From NCBI RefSeq assembly GCF_031769215.1, contig NW_026782129.1, forward strand, positions 806,001-870,000: a DNA stretch of 64,000 nucleotides. The letters are read 5' to 3'. Positions 58,801-64,000 of this stretch are shown piece after piece. Position 1 is the first letter of the stretch; each line of letters begins with the position of its first letter. Source of the stretch: Ylistrum balloti (taxonomy: Eukaryota). A program made the translations under genes and the position numbers. A model generated the notes under the pieces. It ran no database searches and was not told the origin of the DNA. It saw nothing but the letters and a program-made list of their open reading frames with translations.

Positions 58801-61015
58801 ACTGATACAATGCGTTATTTCATACTTGTCTGATCGTTACGTTGTATTGTGGGGGTTTAAAACGTGCATTAATGAAGCGACATTTAGTAATTATTCCGTT
58901 TTGTTGTAGGTTTTCTGATAAATTTATGAAGCGACTCAAGTCAGTTCTTTTAGCTATGTTTGTACTCATCATAGCAACATCTCTGTGGACGGCTTTACTT
59001 GCTAATGGATTGCTTCCTTACTCTAAATGTAAGATTTTTATGCATATTGTCAATGTCATTGTCCCACTTACACTGTACATGTGGCAAAGCTGTCTTATGT
59101 GAATAAGATGCGAATAACTCTTATTTTGTAGTTCAACATCAAGGCACTTTATTTCTTGTCATCAATTTTATATACCTATATTCATTAAATAGACCCGTTA
59201 TGATTTTATTCATATCAAGGGATATAGGTAAATGCTTTAATAAAATTTACCAGCACAACAGTCTGTAAGACATTTTATCAATTGAATGTTTGCTGTCGGT
59301 ATGAACTATGGGTTTGATCTTGAAAGGTCATATTCTAGAAACTAATTTAAAAGCAAAGCAAGAACATGCTCCTGAATGGGGTTAATAGGAAACAGTCTTG
59401 TTTTATTATTATTTCGGGGCAACATATCTTTTCAGTATTTTTCTTCTTTGATTGATGGTCATTTGAAAATTCTAAAATTAAGTTTGATTTTTAAGAACCT
59501 TCCTGGCAATTAAAAAAGTTGAAAAATTCTAGTTAATCCTTTTAAATGTTTTTCATGCAAAACTTGAGATAACAACGAATCGAAAAGCTTCCTTTATCAC
59601 GTTAGGGACTAACTAGCGATAACTACCGATATTGATCTTACAAAGATAGAGTAGAATTAAACATAGAACTGAAATGAACACATTTTGATCCGACTTTTAT
59701 ACGTCCTGAAACATTAACTCCAGTTCCAGTATGTTTAAGTCTTAATAAATGTAACTTGGCTACCTGTTTGATATAGGAGAGCGAAACAATGATTATGCAT
59801 ATTTGTCACCATCACCATCTAAATAAGGGAAACCTCTACAACCAATCACGATTCTGCCATTGGTTTGTACAGTTTTGTTCAAAACATAGTTAATGTACTT
59901 TCTACTAATATTCCACGTTTACATTCGGATCCATATGTGTAAGGTAGATATAATCAGTCTAAATACAAAATCACGAAAGAGTAAAACAGATATCGAAACA
60001 AATGTATAACTTTTTGTCCGATCTTGTGTATAATCATGTATGCTTATCTCACTTGATGTCATATCTTCAATGTTCGCAGATATATCCTTGCTTCCAATTT
60101 AAACAATAACGTTATCTGAAAAACAGCAAATGGCATACAATGTATCAAATATTGCATATTTATGATTCTAGGGCAGTTGTATGTATCTGCCATCGTGAGT
60201 GGTGCTGTGATGAATGCCTCCTTCCCTCTGTGGTATGAGGTTATTTGTGAAATGTCCTTCCCTATACCCGGTGGAATCATTAACGGAATGGCTAACTTCG
60301 TCGTCGTCGTCTTTGCCAATATTTTTTTTGGTCTCATGTATATGCCTGTATCTGGTAAGTCTTTTACGAATATTAATTTCGGAAATGAAAAAAATATCTG
60401 TTCCATTTAAGTAAATTTAGAAGTACATGCATTAAACTGTATCATACAGCGGTTTCGTTCTTTGATGACTTGCCAGTGATGATAAAAGTCTAAATTTTAA
60501 AATAATCAAATCTCTAAATGGAATAAGGTCGAAGGGCAGCTTTGAATAAAACGCTTACCTTTCTTGGTACTTTTTCATAAGTCTCCATTGCCATCTTTCC
60601 TTTATTCATATTTTGCCTTCATTTCATCTTATGGAATTTAAATTACATTGACATATTTGTATTTTCGTTAAGGGAAACTAGATTGTTATTTATCAAAGTA
60701 ATTTTCTCAGGGTTATTCTTCTGTGAAAGTAATAATAAATCCATACGTCTGCAAACAAAAATGGCGTCAAACTAAATCAACATCAAATACATTTTTTATT
60801 ACCTGAGTTGTTTCTCTTCTGCAGACTACAGATGGTTGACGTGGACTATGTTTGCTTCGTCCTTGCTTGGTTTTATGACGTTGTTGTTATTACCGTTGAC
60901 CTACATTCGGACAGATATTGATAAAGAGGCTAAGGATGAGGATGACAGTCGTAGCAACGAGGCCGACAATATCATGATGGAAACCTGTACTCAAGAAAAT
61001 GTAGGGAAGGATTAA
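49843..61015 (+). CDS. SLC49A4: SLC49A4/DIRC2-like MFS transporter, copy D (complete, 12 coding exons, 481 aa)
   Basis: Exons 49843-50101, 50663-50753, 50939-51102, 53542-53581, 53769-53809, 55377-55427, 56827-56956, 57344-57452, 58299-58366, 58910-59028, 60172-60354 and 60825-61015. Total 1446 nt in frame. Internal exon sizes are identical to copy C. The intron 9 donor is GC (AAG/GCAAGT). Confidence 0.92.
51200..52470 (-). mobile_element. Penelope-like element with the RT core deleted, in intron 3 of copy D
   Basis: Minus-strand relics FMKVEFV..VDAMNISNILHQKSVQTSIPQYF, CSCATSTCNYGPTGQIVTGDLSI, CIQKELG...GNPTY and LYWIPKLQKNPY, joined directly to GDDSF...AYTTYEINMSQMIRY and the shared 3' end. 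Confidence 0.82.
53078..53320 (+). mobile_element. tRNA-derived V-SINE (RUDI/BivaV-like) in intron 3 of copy D
   Basis: A box TGGCATAGTGG (53085-53095), B box GGTTCGATTCC (53127-53137), V domain GTGGGTTTTTCCCGGGTACTCCGGTTTCCTCCCAC (~53179-53213), AATAAAGTTT tail. Confidence 0.88.
53895..53974. repeat. Perfect 40-bp tandem duplication
   Basis: GGTGACATTGCTCGTTAGAGACAATGTTTTAAGTGTTATT twice, no mismatch. Confidence 0.97.
54070..55335 (-). mobile_element. Tc1 (DD34E) DNA transposon, near full length, defective transposase, in intron 5 of copy D
   Basis: TA at 54068-69 and 55336-37. 18-bp TIRs CTAAACAAAAAAAGAAAG / CTTTCTTTTTTTGTTGAG with one mismatch. Transposase remnants 55228-54269: MTRLSQVQRE..., ARRPY, FSDES, GGGSVMVWGGI, QDNAPAH, SPDLSPIEHVW, GGHTRY. 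There are 34 residues between the second D and E. Stops and frameshifts in the 5' half. Confidence 0.95.
60440..60481 (-). ncRNA. Minimal type I hammerhead ribozyme motif H8 (decayed), intron 11 of copy D
   Basis: Minus strand CATCA-CTGGCAA-GTCA-TCAAA-GAAC-GAAA-CCGCTG-TA-TGATA. Confidence 0.68.
60550..60655 (+). mobile_element. Short Penelope-like 3'-end fragment
   Basis: ACGCTTAC...GTACTTTTTCA..AGTCTCCAT...TTCATATTTTGCC matches the shared 3' end at 7820-7890. Confidence 0.55.
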
Positions 61016-62738
61016 TAAGTGGTCTGTTTAATTCACTAATGCTCTTTTGATCTCAACACGTATTCGATAACATTCTAACAATTTACAGTGTCTAACAAAT
61101 AACAATAGAAAGCAATTGAATTGTGTGAAGTAGCCCATTACAAATGGCATTATCATCTCGTCAAGTGTAACGTTGTCATTACGAAGATAATGATAGCCAT
61201 ACTGATTCCTGTGCCCTTTTAGCTCAAATAATATGCTCTTATTTCTTTCATGACAGTAACCTTTTACATACCATTTCTTTTATGGAAAACTCTTCAGAGC
61301 GTACGGCGCGATATTATCAGGCGTTAATTGAAGGGAACCTCGTTCAGTTGGATATATCTATGTCATATATACATCTAACTACGTTTCTAGTTATCATTAC
61401 AGTTTAATATCGTATTTATTTGGCGGGTAATACATAATTTATATATTTTTACGCGAAGCATAAATGAAAAATAAACATATATCCTGTCATATGGTTTAAA
61501 TGTATATCATGGGATACCATTTAATGTTCTATTTTACATTTACAAAGGAAAAACAAATAAAACAAATAAAAAAGTCGATCCTAACATAAAATAATGCGGT
61601 CTTAAAATATATTTGCGTGCTCTTTGACATTAGATAGTTTGATATTGACCATAAGACGACCCCATTTTGAATAGGCTGCCATACGTTGTGTTTCACCATT
61701 TTGTGTTGTTTTGTATGTTTGATAGGTTTGGTGTATGTACTATTAATGGAGTATAACAAATATATATTATATATAATGATAGTGTGGTATAAGATGTGTT
61801 CAGTGAATGTAATGTTGATGGAGAATGCATGTGTCATATGTCTTATGCATAATGTTATTGAATTAAAAGACATGTTTGGTGTCTAAAATGTCAATGGTGT
61901 GTTAGTGTTTATTGTATGTAATTTCAATGTCGTATTTACACACCAAATAGCAAACAATGACAAAATAAATAAATAGTATCTGTTAACAAGGTGTAGCAGT
62001 TAACGGGTGCCTGTCAAAATATCTTCAAAATAGCTTGCTCATTCAAGTGTCCAGGATCAAGGATGGTTGGGAGTTACATAAATTGGGCCTTACGTTCCAC
62101 TTACTGTCCCATCCTGGGACATAGGCAAAAGGTGTATGAGATACGAGGACCACAGCGCCAACCGGATACTGACATTATCATACATCATGATATAGATTTT
62201 GATATGCTATCTCTATATTGAATGTAGATAATGCCGTTATCCTTAGAGGTACAGGTGTTGGAACTGAAGGCCAGGATCGAATAAAAGATACAGTTCAGTG
62301 TCAAATAAAATAATTTCATTTTAAATTCTTATCAGAAACTGGCTTGTCTAGTTACTGTTTTTATAGTATGTGTTCTGTAATATTTTTTATCATTTGGAAT
62401 GCTACAATAAGACCGTTTAGATAAACTTCCTCTAAACGAATGCAAAGACATATAATTCCCTAAAAATCAACAGATTAGCACGTCACTACTTACGTTAATC
62501 CAACGGAATACAAATCCCATTATATATATTCTCGCCACATGAGTCCTGAGTAAATGTTGACTGACTAGAACACCACTACACGTTAACCCAAGGGGGTATA
62601 TACTAATCATTATATGTATTGTTGTTACTGTCAGCGGTTACTCATATATCACTGATTCGCAAGTGAAATAGACTAAGCTAATGAGTTGTGCATGTGAGTT
62701 CTTCAAATCTTAGGAATGCAAAGAAAGCTACACACCAA

Positions 62739-63588
62739 GTGATGATCATTTGAATCCACATTAAAGCAGAGATTAGATTCATCGAGAAAAGGATAACTGC
62801 TATTGTTAAAACAGATTTTTATTATCATTGAAACTAAAACAACATTCACTTGAAACAGGAATAATTTTCGTAAAGGCGTCATCTCGGTTGATAATGATAA
62901 TTTTAGTAAACTTTATTTTCCCCGAAAGTGACATTTCGTTTCAGGTTTACGAGTAGCAATGCTTATCTGTTATGCTACTATGTTATTAAGTAACGGTTTA
63001 CGATCACTAAGTAACGGCAAAGGCGTGGCGATGATGTACGTATATCTATCTTATTGTTTAATGAGAGAAAGTGTTATTGATCATGTTTCAGTTGTTTTGT
63101 TCTTGTTAACGTTTTGTAATTCTAACTTGACATTGATTCAATTCATCGTTGTCCAATCCAATTCTCAAACATCATGTTCAGCAATTATGAATACTAATAT
63201 GATTGTTTTTTCATGAAAACACTTACTACAATCAGAGAGTTTCTAGACGGGTGTAATGGAGTAATAACATTTGTAGCGCCACCAATTATAGCAGACAAAT
63301 GGTTTCCACCAGGTGAGAGAATTACCGCATCAGCCATCATGGTGCTAGCTGTATATGTTAGTGAAAGGCTGTCCAATGTTATAAGTAAAAGAACTTACAT
63401 AATAAAATCGACAGTCTTGCAAATCTCATCTTAAAAGGGGTTTTAAAGTAGACTGCAAGGATACACAAATATACATACCTGAAATCCTTTTGCGTTTGCT
63501 TATCTGATTGCTAAAGTACATCTCCCTCACGGAATGAGCCAGATGGTGTAAGTAAACAAAGAATGCTGCAAAACTACTTAGATCATGT
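62739..63588 (+). pseudogene. SLC49A4-like pseudogene fragment E (partial duplicate of copy C intron 1 to intron 3)
   Basis: Colinear with about 28220-29095 including introns. Exon 2 homolog at 62945-63035. The exon 3 homolog has acceptor AG changed to AC (aaaac/ACTTAC) and donor GTAAGT changed to ATAAGT. No exon 1 homolog between 61015 and 62739. Confidence 0.85.
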
Positions 63589-64000
63589 GTTCTGGTGGGT
63601 TTCGTCTCGTCCAATCCTTGACAACTGGAGTGATTGTTATATCAGGTAGGACACAATGTTATTTCATGTGATAATGCCGGTGGTGCTGTTTTGAAATACT
63701 GGAATGGTATATTTAGTTATTTGAATGCGTGGTAGTGGGGAAGTTTCTTTTACAAAATCACATTTCACCATTAAGTTACGATGTATTATGATTATGGTAT
63801 GGTTCAATTGATAAGCTCTTGTAAAATGACATTCTGATCAACCATGCCCTTTAAATGAAAGTTCTATATTTCAAAGTTAAGAATTTCTCTCTAATACTAT
63901 CTCTAGCACATCGATTATCATATTTTGATATCTAAAACAAATACTAAGATAATACTGTTAAATATTTGTCTAATGCCGTGGTAGCATTTTCTTTACACAA

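Noticed and set aside
1-64000. CRISPR arrays, rRNA genes and operon-like prokaryotic systems
   Set aside because: No repeat-spacer periodicity or rRNA-like sequence; the DNA is spliceosomal-intron-rich eukaryotic sequence.

Overview
AT-rich, intron-rich animal genomic scaffold with three N gaps. The repeat content suggests a mollusc, probably a bivalve (inference). The window is dominated by a tandem array of + strand 12-exon MFS transporter genes of the SLC49A4/DIRC2 type. These are copy A (last five exons only), complete copies B, C and D (500, 479 and 481 aa by my manual exon assembly), and a splice-dead exon 2-3 fragment E. A - strand PLAAT/HRASLS-like (LRAT-domain) gene sits between C and D; it keeps its His-His-Cys triad but has a splice-phase break. 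Introns and spacers hold about nine Penelope-like retroelement fragments, two Tc1 elements, one pogo/Tigger derivative and two tRNA-derived V-SINEs. The most unexpected signal is eight decayed copies of a minimal type I hammerhead ribozyme motif (42 nt; one copy is deletion-shortened to 30 nt), consensus CATCA-CTGAYGA-GTCC-TAGAA-GGAC-GAAA-CAGCTG-TA-TGATG. Two copies form a tandem 243-nt unit resembling a retrozyme monomer, and every intronic copy is antisense to its host gene. All calls are by eye; no database search was run.
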